Shown piece by piece: positions 1-9,848 of a DNA stretch of 64,000 nucleotides. Under the pieces are notes generated by a model. That model was not told the origin of the DNA. It was given only the letters and a program-made list of their open reading frames with translations, and ran no database searches. The DNA is from an uncultured Candidatus Rokubacteria bacterium (GTDB lineage: Bacteria > Methylomirabilota > Methylomirabilia > Rokubacteriales > DASRDR01). Position numbers and translations under genes: made by a program. Positions within the stretch are counted from its first letter, which is position 1; the number at the start of each line of letters is the position of its first letter. The stretch spans positions 704,001 to 768,000 of the forward strand of contig CAWGVS010000005.1 in the NCBI GenBank assembly GCA_963826115.1, read 5' to 3'.

Positions 1-1
1 G

Positions 2-82
2 CAGCTCGAGGTGCGAGTCCAGGGTGAGGGGCTCGTCTTCGAGCCCGTATCCGAGCCTTCACTGAGCCTGGCGGAGCGCTGA
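2..82 (+). CDS. 3' end of an upstream CDS (unidentified, truncated by window edge)
   Basis: Open frame QLEVRVQGEGLVFEPVSEPSLSLAER* ending at TGA 80-82, just before the bamA RBS. Confidence 0.45.
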   Translation, partial: QLEVRVQGEGLVFEPVSEPSLSLAER

Positions 83-108
83 CCTCCCGGTCCCGGTTCG
101 CCCGAGGA

Positions 109-2442
109 GTGCCCTCGACCCTCGTTGAGGGGCGCCCGCAGGGGAGGCCCAGGACGAGAGGGCAGGTCCTTCTCCCGACGCTGGTCGCGCTTCTGGCCCT
201 CGTCGCCGGGACGGCATGGGCTCAGCAGACCCAGGCCCCGGCGCCGACCCCGGAGTCGCGCCCGCTGCCTCCCGTGCCCGTCGTCCGCGACATCGCGGTC
301 GAGGGCAATCGCCGGATCCAGGCCCCGGCCATCCTGAACCGGGTATCGACCAAGATCGGCGACCCGATGGCCCCCGCCGCGCTGCGGGACGACGTGCGCT
401 CCATCTTCGGCCTCGGGTTCTTCGACGACGTGCAGGTGCGCACCGAGGAGTTCGAGGGCGGGGTCCGGGTGATCTTCGCGGTGGCCGAGCGGCCGCTCCT
501 CCGGGAGGTGAGCTTCGAGGGGAACTCGGAGCTCAAGACCGAGGAGCTCCGCGAGAAGGCCACCATCCGGGTCGGCGTGCTCTACAACCCCGTCGAGGTG
601 CAGAAAGCCGAGGAGGGGATCCGGCAGAAGTACGAGGACGAGGGGTTCTTCGGCGTCCAGATCACCCCTCGCACCGAGCGGACCCCCGAGGGCGACCTCC
701 GGGTCGTGTTCCGGATCGAGGAGGGGCCGAAGCTCCACATCGACCGGATCATCATCGAGGGGAACCAGGCGCTCACCGCGAGCCAGATCAAGGGCGCGAT
801 GTCGACCAAGGAGAAGATCTACTGGATCTTCCCGTTCTCCACGGTCCAGCGGAAGATCTTCGACGACGACGTCGACCGGATCCTCCAGCTCTACGGCGAC
901 CACGGGTTCATCCAGGCCCGCGTGGAATCGACGGAGATCATCCCGGACCTGACCCGGAAGAAGGTCACGCTCAAGGTCCGGGTGGTGGAGGGGCCGCAGT
1001 TTCACACCGGCACCGTCACCATCACCGGCAACGAGCTCCTGTCGAACGAGGAGGTCCGCAAGCTCGTGCAGCTCCAGGAAGGCGCCGTGTTCAGCCGCGG
1101 CGCGCTCCGGAACTCGGTCCGGGCGATCGTCGACCGGTACTCCGAGTTGGGCCGGGCCCGCGCCGAGGCCGACCCGCGGACCCAGAACGACCTGGCGAAC
1201 CTGAAGGTCGACGTGTTGATCCCCATCGTCGAGGGCGGGCCGGTCTACGTCGAGCGGATCAACATCAGCGGCAACACGAAGAGCTCGGAGAAGGTCCTGC
1301 GCCGGGAGCTTCGGGTGGCCGAGGGCGAGCTGTTCACCTTCCAGAAGCTGGTGCGGAGCCGGCAGCGGCTCTTCAACCTCGGCTTCTTCGACGAGGTGAA
1401 CGTCGGCACCGAGCAGGGGACGACGCCGGACAAGATCGTCGTGAACATCGACGTGAAGGAGCGGGCGACCGGCGTCTTCAGCATCGGCGCGGGCTACTCG
1501 AGCCTGGACAGCCTGTTCGCGACCCTCGACGTGAGCCAGCGGAACCTTTTCGGCCGCGGCCAGGAGATCTTCCTCCGGATCCGGCTCGGGACCCAGAGCC
1601 GCCTCGGTCTCATCGGGTTCACCGAGCCGTACCTCTTCGACATCCCGCTCCGCGCCGGTTTCGACATCTACGACCGGGAGCGGGAGTACGACGACTTCAC
1701 GGAGGAGCGTCTCGGCGGCGACATCCGGGCCAGCTACCCCCTCACGGAGTTCATGACGCTGTCCGGCGTTTACCGGCTGGAGGACGTCACGATCTCCAAC
1801 ATCTCGCCGACGGCCAGCCAGGACCTGAAGAGCGAGGAGGGCACGAAGCTCAACTCGGTGATCGAGCTCTTGCTGGCGCGCGACACGCGGGACAACATCT
1901 TCGAGCCCTCCAAGGGCAGCCGGAACTCGCTGGAGTTCATGTTCGCGGGCCTCGGCGGGGACACGCAGTTCTACAAGATGATCGCCGAGTCGTCGTGGTT
2001 CGTACCGCTGCCGGTGTTCAACCTGGTGTGGGCGGTTCGCGGGCTCTTCGGCATGGCGGAGGGGTGGGGCGGCCAGGAGGTTCCGATCTTCGAGCGCTTC
2101 TTCCTGGGCGGCGCCACGACCCTGCGCGGCCAGCGGACGCGGTCCGTCGCGCCGAAGGACGCCCAGGGCGAGGTGATCGGCGGCGACAAGGAGCTCCTGT
2201 TCAACACCGAGCTGCTCATCCCGGTCTTCGCGCGGTTCCGCCTGGCGCTGTTCTTCGACGCTGGTAACGCATACGGTTTCGGCACCGACTTCGATCCCAC
2301 GGACCTTCGGTACGCGGCCGGCGCCGGTGTGCGGTTTTTCTCCCCGCTGGGCCCCATGCGGCTCGATCTGGGCTACAACCTGGACAAGCAGCCGGGAGAG
2401 AAATCCTGGCAGGTCAACTTCACGGTCGGGGCCCCGTTCTAG
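109..2442 (+). CDS. bamA: Outer membrane protein assembly factor BamA
   Basis: Signal peptide, repeated POTRA domains (VEGNRRI, INISGNTKS), Omp85 barrel with FFLGGATTLRG and SPLGPMRLD, C-terminal Phe. Confidence 0.97.
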   Translation: MPSTLVEGRPQGRPRTRGQVLLPTLVALLALVAGTAWAQQTQAPAPTPESRPLPPVPVVRDIAVEGNRRIQAPAILNRVSTKIGDPMAPAALRDDVRSIFGLGFFDDVQVRTEEFEGGVRVIFAVAERPLLREVSFEGNSELKTEELREKATIRVGVLYNPVEVQKAEEGIRQKYEDEGFFGVQITPRTERTPEGDLRVVFRIEEGPKLHIDRIIIEGNQALTASQIKGAMSTKEKIYWIFPFSTVQRKIFDDDVDRILQLYGDHGFIQARVESTEIIPDLTRKKVTLKVRVVEGPQFHTGTVTITGNELLSNEEVRKLVQLQEGAVFSRGALRNSVRAIVDRYSELGRARAEADPRTQNDLANLKVDVLIPIVEGGPVYVERINISGNTKSSEKVLRRELRVAEGELFTFQKLVRSRQRLFNLGFFDEVNVGTEQGTTPDKIVVNIDVKERATGVFSIGAGYSSLDSLFATLDVSQRNLFGRGQEIFLRIRLGTQSRLGLIGFTEPYLFDIPLRAGFDIYDREREYDDFTEERLGGDIRASYPLTEFMTLSGVYRLEDVTISNISPTASQDLKSEEGTKLNSVIELLLARDTRDNIFEPSKGSRNSLEFMFAGLGGDTQFYKMIAESSWFVPLPVFNLVWAVRGLFGMAEGWGGQEVPIFERFFLGGATTLRGQRTRSVAPKDAQGEVIGGDKELLFNTELLIPVFARFRLALFFDAGNAYGFGTDFDPTDLRYAAGAGVRFFSPLGPMRLDLGYNLDKQPGEKSWQVNFTVGAPF

Positions 2443-2467
2443 GTCGGTGGCCGTCAGAGGTGATGCC

Positions 2468-3010
2468 ATGAGAAACGGATGGGCAGTAGGGGTCTTCGCG
2501 CTGGTGGTCGCGGGGCTGGTCGGCGGACCGGCGGCGCGCACGGAAGCCGCGGGGACCCGCATCGGGTACGTCGACGTCCAGAGGGTCATCGTGCGCTCGG
2601 TCGCCGGCGTGGCGGCGCGGGAGCAGCTCGAGCGCGAGAAGGTGACCATGCAGAAGGACGTCGACAACCGCCGGGTGGAAGTCGACAAGCTCCGCGAGGA
2701 GATGGAGAAGAAGGGGCTGGTGTTGTCGGCCGAGGCGCGCCGCGAGAAGGAGGAGACCCTCCAGCGGAAGGTGCGCGACCTCCGGCGGCTCGCCGAGGAT
2801 CTCGAGAAGGAACTCCAGAAGAAGGAGCAGGCGGCCACGCAGAAGATCCTTCTGGAGCTGACCGGGATCATCGAGAAGATGGGTAAGGAGCGCGGGTTCC
2901 TCCTGATCGTCGAGCGGCGAAGCGGCGGCGTCATCTACGGGGATCCGGAAGGCGACGTCACCGACGAGGTGATCAAGCTGTACGACCAGGAGAAGGCGAA
3001 GAAGCAGTAG
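2468..3010 (+). CDS. skp: OmpH/Skp periplasmic chaperone
   Basis: ATG 2468 after [14 protein letters not shown] start, long coiled coil, [11 protein letters not shown] end; follows bamA. Confidence 0.93.
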   Translation: MRNGWAVGVFALVVAGLVGGPAARTEAAGTRIGYVDVQRVIVRSVAGVAAREQLEREKVTMQKDVDNRRVEVDKLREEMEKKGLVLSAEARREKEETLQRKVRDLRRLAEDLEKELQKKEQAATQKILLELTGIIEKMGKERGFLLIVERRSGGVIYGDPEGDVTDEVIKLYDQEKAKKQ

Positions 3011-3011
3011 G

Positions 3012-4070
3012 ATGCCCGCGCGCTCCCTCGGCGAGCTGGCCCGTCTGGTCGGCGGAGACCTCGAGGGGGATCCGTCGCTCGAGATCCGCGGCTTCGCGAG
3101 TCTCGAGAGCGCGGGCGCGGGGGACCTCTCCTTCGTCGTCTCCGAGCGCCACCTCGCGGCCGCGCGGCGGAGCTCGGCCGCCGCGCTGATCGCGCCCCCG
3201 GGGCTCGACGTGGCGGGCCGCCCGGCGATCCGGGTCGTGCAACCGTACGCCGCCGTCGCCGCGGTCGTCCGCGTGTTCTTCCCGGAGCCGGCGGTGGCCC
3301 CCGGCGTCCACCCGACCGCGCACATCGCCGACGGCGCGAGCGTCGCGCCAACCGCCACCGTGGGCGCGTATGCCGTGATCGGCGAGGGCTCCACGATCGA
3401 GGACCGGGCCGTGCTTCACGCCCACGTCTTCGTGGGCCCGGACTGCCGGGTCGGGGCGGAGAGCGTCCTCCACCCGCACGTCGTGCTGCGCGCGAGCGTG
3501 TCCCTCGGGCGCCGCGTGATCGTCCACCCCGGGAGCGTGCTCGGCGCCGACGGATTCGGCTACGTGTTCGACGGTCAGGCGCACCGGAAGATCCCCCAGG
3601 TGGGCGGGGTCGTGGTGGAGGACGACGTCGAGATCGGGGCGAACGTGGCCGTGGACCGGGCGACCCTCGGCGAGACCGTGATCGGCCGCGGGACCAAGAT
3701 CGACAACCTCGTGCAGATTGGCCATAATACCGTCGTCGGCGCGGGCGCCATCATCGTCGCGCAGGCGGGCATCGCGGGGTCGTGCCGGATCGGGCGCGGC
3801 GTCGTGATCGGCGGGCAGGTGGGCCTGGCCGACCACGTGACGATCGGCGACGGCGCGCAGATCGGGTCTCAGTCCGGCGTCCATCGCGACGTGCCGGCGG
3901 GCGCGGGGATGATCGGGACGCCGGCGATACAGGGCGACGCGGGGCTGCGCGCCCTGGCCGCCATCGGGCGCATCCCGGACCTCCTGCGGGAGGTGCGCAT
4001 GCTCGGCCGGCGGCTGGCGGCGCTGGAGCGGAAACTCGGGGCGGAAGGAGGACCCGCGGCGCGTGGGTGA
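3012..4070 (+). CDS. lpxD: UDP-3-O-acylglucosamine N-acyltransferase
   Basis: Hexapeptide repeats, [18 protein letters not shown]. Confidence 0.96.
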   Translation: MPARSLGELARLVGGDLEGDPSLEIRGFASLESAGAGDLSFVVSERHLAAARRSSAAALIAPPGLDVAGRPAIRVVQPYAAVAAVVRVFFPEPAVAPGVHPTAHIADGASVAPTATVGAYAVIGEGSTIEDRAVLHAHVFVGPDCRVGAESVLHPHVVLRASVSLGRRVIVHPGSVLGADGFGYVFDGQAHRKIPQVGGVVVEDDVEIGANVAVDRATLGETVIGRGTKIDNLVQIGHNTVVGAGAIIVAQAGIAGSCRIGRGVVIGGQVGLADHVTIGDGAQIGSQSGVHRDVPAGAGMIGTPAIQGDAGLRALAAIGRIPDLLREVRMLGRRLAALERKLGAEGGPAARG

Positions 4071-4848
4071 GCGGACGTCGGAGATCCATCCCACCGCGGT
4101 CGTCCACCCGGACGCGCGCTTCGGGCCCGGGGTGCGGGTCGGCCCGTTCGCGGTCATCGGCCAGGGCGTGTGCCTCGGCGAGGACGTCGAGATCGGCCCG
4201 CACGTGGTGCTGGAGGGGCCGCTCGAGATCGGGGCCCGCTGCCAGATCCACGTGGGGGCGGTGATCGGCCTGCCGCCACAGGACCTGAAGTGGAAGCCGG
4301 GCACGCCGTCGGGCGTGCGGATCGGCGAGGGCACGGTGATCCGTGAGTACGCGACGATCCACCGGGCGTCCACGCCCGACGGCTTCACGGTGCTGGGCAG
4401 GGAATGCTACCTGATGGCGCAGGGGCACATCGCCCATGACTGCCAGATCGGCGACCACGTGATCATGACCGGTTACACCGCGCTCACCGGCTTCGTGCAG
4501 GTCGGCGACCGCGCGGTGATCTCCGGCCTGACGGGGATCCACCAGTTCGTGCGGATCGGGACGATCGCGATGGTGAGCGGGTGCTCGCGGATCGGCCAGG
4601 ACGTGCCGCCGTACTTCATCGTCGAGGGGAACCCGGCCGAGGTGCGCGGGGTGAACATCGTCGGGCTGAGGCGCGCCGGCGTGCCGGCGGACGTCCGGCT
4701 CAACATCCAGCGCGCGTACAAGATCCTCTACCGGTCGGGGCGAGCCCCCGGGCCGGCGCTCGAGCAGATCCGCAGCGAGGTCGAGCCATCACCGGAGATC
4801 GAGCAGCTCTGCGACTTCATCGCGTCGTCGAAGCGCGGGATCTGCTAG
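4063..4848 (+). CDS. lpxA: Acyl-ACP--UDP-GlcNAc acyltransferase
   Basis: [36 protein letters not shown]. Confidence 0.96.
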   Translation: MGERTSEIHPTAVVHPDARFGPGVRVGPFAVIGQGVCLGEDVEIGPHVVLEGPLEIGARCQIHVGAVIGLPPQDLKWKPGTPSGVRIGEGTVIREYATIHRASTPDGFTVLGRECYLMAQGHIAHDCQIGDHVIMTGYTALTGFVQVGDRAVISGLTGIHQFVRIGTIAMVSGCSRIGQDVPPYFIVEGNPAEVRGVNIVGLRRAGVPADVRLNIQRAYKILYRSGRAPGPALEQIRSEVEPSPEIEQLCDFIASSKRGIC

Positions 4849-4857
4849 GGGAGGGAG

Positions 4858-5865
4858 ATGGGCAAGCGCGAGCAGAACCGGCTGCGGGCCGGGGTCGTCG
4901 GGGCCGGCCACATGGGGCAGTACCACCTCCTGGTCTACGCCGAGCTGTGGGACGTCGACCTCGTGGGCATCGTGGACACCGACGCGGGGAAGGCGGCCCG
5001 CCTCGCCGCGCAGTACGATTCGCAGGCCTTCGCCGACCACCGCGAGCTGATCGGCAAGGTGGACGTGGTGTCCATCGCCGTGCCGACTCCGCTCCACTTC
5101 CAGGTCGCGAAGGAGCTCCTCGAGGCGGGGGTGAGCGTCCTGGTCGAGAAGCCGCTGACGCCGACGCTGGAAGAGGCCCGCGACCTGTTCCGGATCGCCC
5201 GCGAGCGGAACGTCGTGCTGCACGTCGGCCACGTCGAGCGGTTCAACGGGGCGGTGCAGGAGCTCCGCAAGATCGTCGCCAGCCCCATCCTGGTGGAGTC
5301 GCGGCGGCTCGGGCCCTTCGTCCCGCGGGTGCAGCACGACACCGTGGTCATGGACCTGATGATCCACGACATCGACATCGTGCTCGGGCTCGTGGACAGC
5401 GAGGTCCGGCGGATCAGCGTGGCGGGCTCGCGCGTCCACTCGGCGCGCTCCGACGTCGCCAACGTGCAGATCCTGTTCGAGAGCGGCACGGTCGCGAACA
5501 TCACCGCCAGCCGGGCCACCGAGCACAAGGTCCGGACGCTCGCGATCACGCAGCCGGACGCGTACATCTTCCTCGACTACACGGATCAGGACATCCAGAT
5601 CCACCGGCGGGCGGCTTCGGAGTACGTGCTGAACCGGGAGTCGATCCGCTACCGGCAGGAGTCCTTCGTCGAGCACCTGTTCGTGCACAAGGAGAACCCG
5701 CTCAAGTCGGAGATCCTCCACATCGTCAAGGCGGTTCGCGAGGCGCAGCGGACGGGCGTGGTCGAGCTCCTCGAGCAGGACGACGTCCGCTCGCTGGCCG
5801 TGGCGCTCGAGATCGAGCGCATGATCGAGGAAGGTCGGCCGAACCTCGACTGGCCGCCCCGCTGA
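4858..5865 (+). CDS. Gfo/Idh/MocA oxidoreductase, GnnA-like (UDP-GlcNAc 3-dehydrogenase candidate)
   Basis: GAGHMG Rossmann motif, EKP, GHVERFN, DLMIHDID; located between lpxA and lpxI/lpxB. Confidence 0.85.
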   Translation: MGKREQNRLRAGVVGAGHMGQYHLLVYAELWDVDLVGIVDTDAGKAARLAAQYDSQAFADHRELIGKVDVVSIAVPTPLHFQVAKELLEAGVSVLVEKPLTPTLEEARDLFRIARERNVVLHVGHVERFNGAVQELRKIVASPILVESRRLGPFVPRVQHDTVVMDLMIHDIDIVLGLVDSEVRRISVAGSRVHSARSDVANVQILFESGTVANITASRATEHKVRTLAITQPDAYIFLDYTDQDIQIHRRAASEYVLNRESIRYRQESFVEHLFVHKENPLKSEILHIVKAVREAQRTGVVELLEQDDVRSLAVALEIERMIEEGRPNLDWPPR

Positions 5866-5869
5866 GGGG

Positions 5870-6691
5870 ATGGCCGAGGCGCTGGGCCTCGTCGGCGGTG
5901 CCGGGGCGCTGCCGGCCCTGATGGCCCGCGAGGCGCGCCGCGCCGGCTGGCGCGTGATCGCCTTCGCGCTTGGGCCCCCGGACCTCCTCGAGCCCCACGC
6001 CGACCGCGTGGTGCCCTGCCAGCTGGGCGACGTCGGGCCCATCCTGGAAGTGCTCGGCGAGGAGGGCATCCGGCACGTGGTGCTCGCCGGCCGGGTGCGG
6101 AAGGACGTCCTGTTCCAGGGCGCCCCGCTGGATTCGGCCGCGCGCGATCTCCTCTCCCGGGCGAAGGACTGGACCGACGAGGGGCTCCTCGGCACGGCGG
6201 TGCGGGTGCTCGGCTCGATGGGCATCGAGGTGCTCGACCAGCGGAGGTTCCTGTCGCCCTGGCTCGTGCCCTCGGGCGCGGTGGCCGGCCCGCCGGTCCC
6301 GACGGAGTCCCGGGCGGACGTGGAGCGCGGCCTTGTCCTGGCCCGCGAGATGGCGGAGCGCGGCGTCGGCCAGACGGTCGTCCTTCGCGCCGGATCGGTG
6401 GCCGCGGTCGAGGCCATGGAGGGGACCGACGAGGCGGTGCGCCGGGGTCTGGCCCTCGCGGGGCGGGGCGCGGTCGTGGTCAAGGCGGCCGCGCCCGCGC
6501 ACGACTACCGGCTCGACGTGCCCACGGTCGGCCCGGACACGGTCGACCGCTGTGTCGCGGGCGGGGCGGCCGTGCTGGCGCTCGAGGCGGGGCGCGTGCT
6601 GCTCCTCGAGCGCGAGCAGGTCGAAGCGCAGGCGGCCCGGACGGGGATCAGCATTGTCGGGGTCGCGGAGCGGCCGGGCGTCGTCGACTGA
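5870..6691 (+). CDS. lpxI: UDP-2,3-diacylglucosamine diphosphatase LpxI
   Basis: LGLVGGAGALP, GVGQTVV, AVEAMEGTD, DVPTVGPDT. Confidence 0.9.
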   Translation: MAEALGLVGGAGALPALMAREARRAGWRVIAFALGPPDLLEPHADRVVPCQLGDVGPILEVLGEEGIRHVVLAGRVRKDVLFQGAPLDSAARDLLSRAKDWTDEGLLGTAVRVLGSMGIEVLDQRRFLSPWLVPSGAVAGPPVPTESRADVERGLVLAREMAERGVGQTVVLRAGSVAAVEAMEGTDEAVRRGLALAGRGAVVVKAAAPAHDYRLDVPTVGPDTVDRCVAGGAAVLALEAGRVLLLEREQVEAQAARTGISIVGVAERPGVVD

Positions 6692-7826
6692 CGTTCTGAT
6701 CGTGGCCGGCGAGGCCTCGGGGGACCTCCACGGGGCCACGCTGGCGCGGGCGCTCGCGTCGCTGGCGCCCGGCATCCGCATCGCCGGCATGGGCGGGGCG
6801 CGGATGGCGGCCGCCGGGGTCCGGCTCGTCCGGCGCGCCGAGCGCGTCACCGTCGTTGGCGGCACGGAGGTGTTTGGCCGCCTGCCCGCGCTCTGGTCCG
6901 CGTTCAAGGCGCTGCGGCGGGTCGTCCAGTACCGCCGGCCCGGGGTCCTCGTCCTGATCGACTTCCCGGAGTTCAACCTGCGCCTGGCGCGGATCGCCCG
7001 GCGGCGCGGCGTGCCGGTCGTGTACTTCATCGCCCCCCAGCTCTGGGCCTGGCGGCCCGGGCGCGTCCACACCATGGCGCGGGACGTGAGCCGCGTCCTG
7101 GCGATCTTTCCCTTCGAGGTGGGCCTCTACCAGGAGGCCGGCGTGCCGGTCGAGTTCGTCGGGCACCCGGTGCTCGACGTCCTGCCCGAGCTCTCGCGAG
7201 ACGCCGCGCGCGCGGAGCTCGCGGCCGAGGGTGAGACCCTGGTTGGCCTCCTTCCGGGCAGCCGGGACGCCGAGGTACGGCGTCACCTGCCCGTGCTGCT
7301 GGAGGTCTCGCGGCGGATCACGGCACGCCGGCCGCGCGCGCGGTTCGCGATCCCGGTCGCGTCGACCATCGCGGTGTCCGACGTGCGGGCGGCGGCGGAG
7401 GCCTCGAGCCTCCGGGTGACCGTCCTGCCGGGCGAGGCCTACCGCGTGATGGCGGCGGCGGACCTCGTGCTGGTCGCCTCGGGGACGGCGACGCTCGAGA
7501 CCGCCTGCTACGGGACGCCGATGGTCGTGCTGTACCGGCTGTCGGCGGTGTCCCACGCGATCGCCCGCCGCCTGGTCCGCGGCGTGACGCACATCAGCCT
7601 TCCGAACATCGTGGCCGGGCGCGAGATCGTGCGGGAGTTCATCCAGGACGACGCCACGCCGGAGGCGCTGACGGGAGCCGCGATGGAGCTGCTCGGGGAC
7701 GACGTGGCCCGGGCGGCGCAGCGGGCGGCGCTGGCCGAGGTGCGGGTCCGTCTCGGCGAGACCGGTGCCGCGCTGCGGGCCGCGCGGGCGGTCCTGCGGG
7801 AACTCGATGGGACCTCGGGTCGCTGA
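6654..7826 (+). CDS. lpxB: Lipid A disaccharide synthase
   Basis: IVAGEASGDLHG, IDFPEFN, PQLWAWR, LLPGSR, SGTATLE; TTG start at 6654 is uncertain. Confidence 0.93.
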   Translation: MSGSRSGRASSTDVLIVAGEASGDLHGATLARALASLAPGIRIAGMGGARMAAAGVRLVRRAERVTVVGGTEVFGRLPALWSAFKALRRVVQYRRPGVLVLIDFPEFNLRLARIARRRGVPVVYFIAPQLWAWRPGRVHTMARDVSRVLAIFPFEVGLYQEAGVPVEFVGHPVLDVLPELSRDAARAELAAEGETLVGLLPGSRDAEVRRHLPVLLEVSRRITARRPRARFAIPVASTIAVSDVRAAAEASSLRVTVLPGEAYRVMAAADLVLVASGTATLETACYGTPMVVLYRLSAVSHAIARRLVRGVTHISLPNIVAGREIVREFIQDDATPEALTGAAMELLGDDVARAAQRAALAEVRVRLGETGAALRAARAVLRELDGTSGR

Positions 7827-8544
7827 GCCGGCACGGGCGGGCGCGCTCGCGCGCGAGCGCCGCCGGCCCGGCCAGGCCCTGGCGGGCTCGCGGCCGGTGG
7901 TCGCGATGGGGCGGGGGCTCGTGCGCCTGCTCGCCCGGAGCCTCCGGCTCCGCGAGTTTCCCTCGCCGGGGCTCCGGATCCTCTGGCGCGACGGCACGCC
8001 GGTGATCTACACGGTCTGGCACGGGCAGATCCTGCTTCTGCCGTGGATCTACGGGCGGCGTTACCGGCTCCACGCGCTGACGAGCCGGTCCCGCGACGGC
8101 GAGATCTTGAGCCGGTTCATCCAGGGCTTCGGGATTCGCGTGGTCCGGGGCTCCTCGTCCCGCGGCGGCGCCCGCGCCCTTCTCGCCCTGGCCCGGGTGA
8201 TCAAGGACCTCCGGGAGAACGTGCTGATCGTCCCCGACGGGCCGCGCGGGCCGCGCCGCGTCGCGCAGAATGGCGCCGTCGTGCTGGCAAAGATGACCGG
8301 CGCCCCGATCGTGCCGCTGGCCTTCGGCGCCGTCCCGTGCCGCGTGCTCCGATCGTGGGACCGGTTCGTGGTGCCGAATCCGTTCGCGCGGGCCGCCGTC
8401 GTGTTCGGCGAGCCCATCCTCGTGCCGCGCGACGCCGACCGGGAGGGCATGGAGACGAAGCGCCGGGAGCTGGAGGCGGTCCTGACCCACGTGAGCGCCG
8501 AGGCGGACCGCGTCGCCGGGGGAGCCCGTGTACCGCGTCTATAG
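7807..8544 (+). CDS. DUF374 / lysophospholipid acyltransferase-family protein
   Basis: WHGQI, SRSRDGE, VRGSSSRGG, PDGPRGP, SWDRFVVPNPF. Confidence 0.88.
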   Translation: MGPRVAEPARAGALARERRRPGQALAGSRPVVAMGRGLVRLLARSLRLREFPSPGLRILWRDGTPVIYTVWHGQILLLPWIYGRRYRLHALTSRSRDGEILSRFIQGFGIRVVRGSSSRGGARALLALARVIKDLRENVLIVPDGPRGPRRVAQNGAVVLAKMTGAPIVPLAFGAVPCRVLRSWDRFVVPNPFARAAVVFGEPILVPRDADREGMETKRRELEAVLTHVSAEADRVAGGARVPRL

Positions 8545-9814
8545 CGCCGTCCTGGCGCTCCTGGCCATCGGGTACCTCCCGCTGTTCCTCGTGCGCAAGG
8601 TGTGGGGTGCGGGCTACCCCGTGGCCCTCCGGGAGCGCTTCGGCTTCCTCCGCGTCGCGCCCCCGCCCGCGCCGGGCGCCCGCTTCTGGGTTCACGCGGT
8701 GTCGGTGGGCGAGGTGATGGCCGCGGTGCCGCTCGTCCAGGCGCTCCGTGCGCGTTGGCCGGCGGCCGACGTCGTCGTGTCCACGGTGACCGCCACCGGG
8801 CAGCAGGTGGCGCGCGCGCGCCTGCCCGAGGCGGCGGCCATGCTCACGTTCCCGCTGGACTTCCGGGGAGCCGTCCGGCGCGCCGTCCGCCGGGTCGAGC
8901 CGGGCTGCTTCATCGCGCTCGAGACGGAGCTCTGGCCGAACCTCCTGCGGGCCCTGCGCGAGGGGAAGGTCCCGGCGGTGCTGGCGAACGGCCGGATCTC
9001 GGATCGGTCCTTCCGCCGCTACCGCCTGGTGCGCGGGCTCTTCCGGAAGGTGCTCGCCGACATCGCCCTGTTCTGCATGCAGTCGGAGGAGGACGCGCGC
9101 CGGATCATCAGCCTCGGCGCGCCGCCCGAGCGGGTGCTGGTGACGGGGAACTTGAAGATGGAGGCGCCGTCGGGGGACGCCGGCGCCGAGCAGCTCTGGC
9201 GGCGGCTCCTCCACATCGGACCGGCCCCCGTCGTCGTCGCGGGAAGCACCCACCGCGGCGAGGAGGGCGCCATGCTCGACGCGTTCGTGGCGCTCAGGCC
9301 GGTGGCGGACGGGCTCCGCCTCGTCCTGGCCCCGCGCCATCCGGAGCGGCTCGACGAGGTGGAGGAGCTGGCCCGGGGGCGCGGCCTCGCGGTCGTCCGG
9401 CGGAGCCGCGTGAGCCCGGGCAACGGCGCCCCCGTGATCCTGCTCGACACGATGGGGGAGCTCGCGTCGCTCTACGCGGTGGCCGACGTGATCTTCGTCG
9501 GCGGCAGCCTGGTCCCGATCGGCGGCCACAACGTGGTCGAGCCCGCGCTCCACGCCAAGCCTGTCGTTTTCGGCCCGCACATGACGAACTTCAGGGATGC
9601 CGCGGCGCTCCTCCTCAAAGCCGACGCGGCCATCCAGGTCGGGGACGGCGGCGAGCTGACGACGGCGCTTGGACGGCTCCTCGCCGACGCCCCGGGCCGC
9701 CAGGCGCTCGGGCGCGCCGCGTGGAGCGCCGTGCGCGCCCACCAGGGCGCGTGCACCCGGACGATCGCCGGGCTCGAGCGCGTGCTCGCGGTGTCGGCGC
9801 GCGCCGGCGCATGA
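8528..9814 (+). CDS. waaA: 3-deoxy-D-manno-octulosonate transferase
   Basis: WVHAVSVGE, ETELWPN, GSTHRGEE, APRHPER, GGHNVVEPA. Confidence 0.96.
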   Translation: MYRVYSAVLALLAIGYLPLFLVRKVWGAGYPVALRERFGFLRVAPPPAPGARFWVHAVSVGEVMAAVPLVQALRARWPAADVVVSTVTATGQQVARARLPEAAAMLTFPLDFRGAVRRAVRRVEPGCFIALETELWPNLLRALREGKVPAVLANGRISDRSFRRYRLVRGLFRKVLADIALFCMQSEEDARRIISLGAPPERVLVTGNLKMEAPSGDAGAEQLWRRLLHIGPAPVVVAGSTHRGEEGAMLDAFVALRPVADGLRLVLAPRHPERLDEVEELARGRGLAVVRRSRVSPGNGAPVILLDTMGELASLYAVADVIFVGGSLVPIGGHNVVEPALHAKPVVFGPHMTNFRDAAALLLKADAAIQVGDGGELTTALGRLLADAPGRQALGRAAWSAVRAHQGACTRTIAGLERVLAVSARAGA

Positions 9815-9848
9815 TCGCCCCGGGGGCCGCGGCGCGCGGGAGGGGCCG

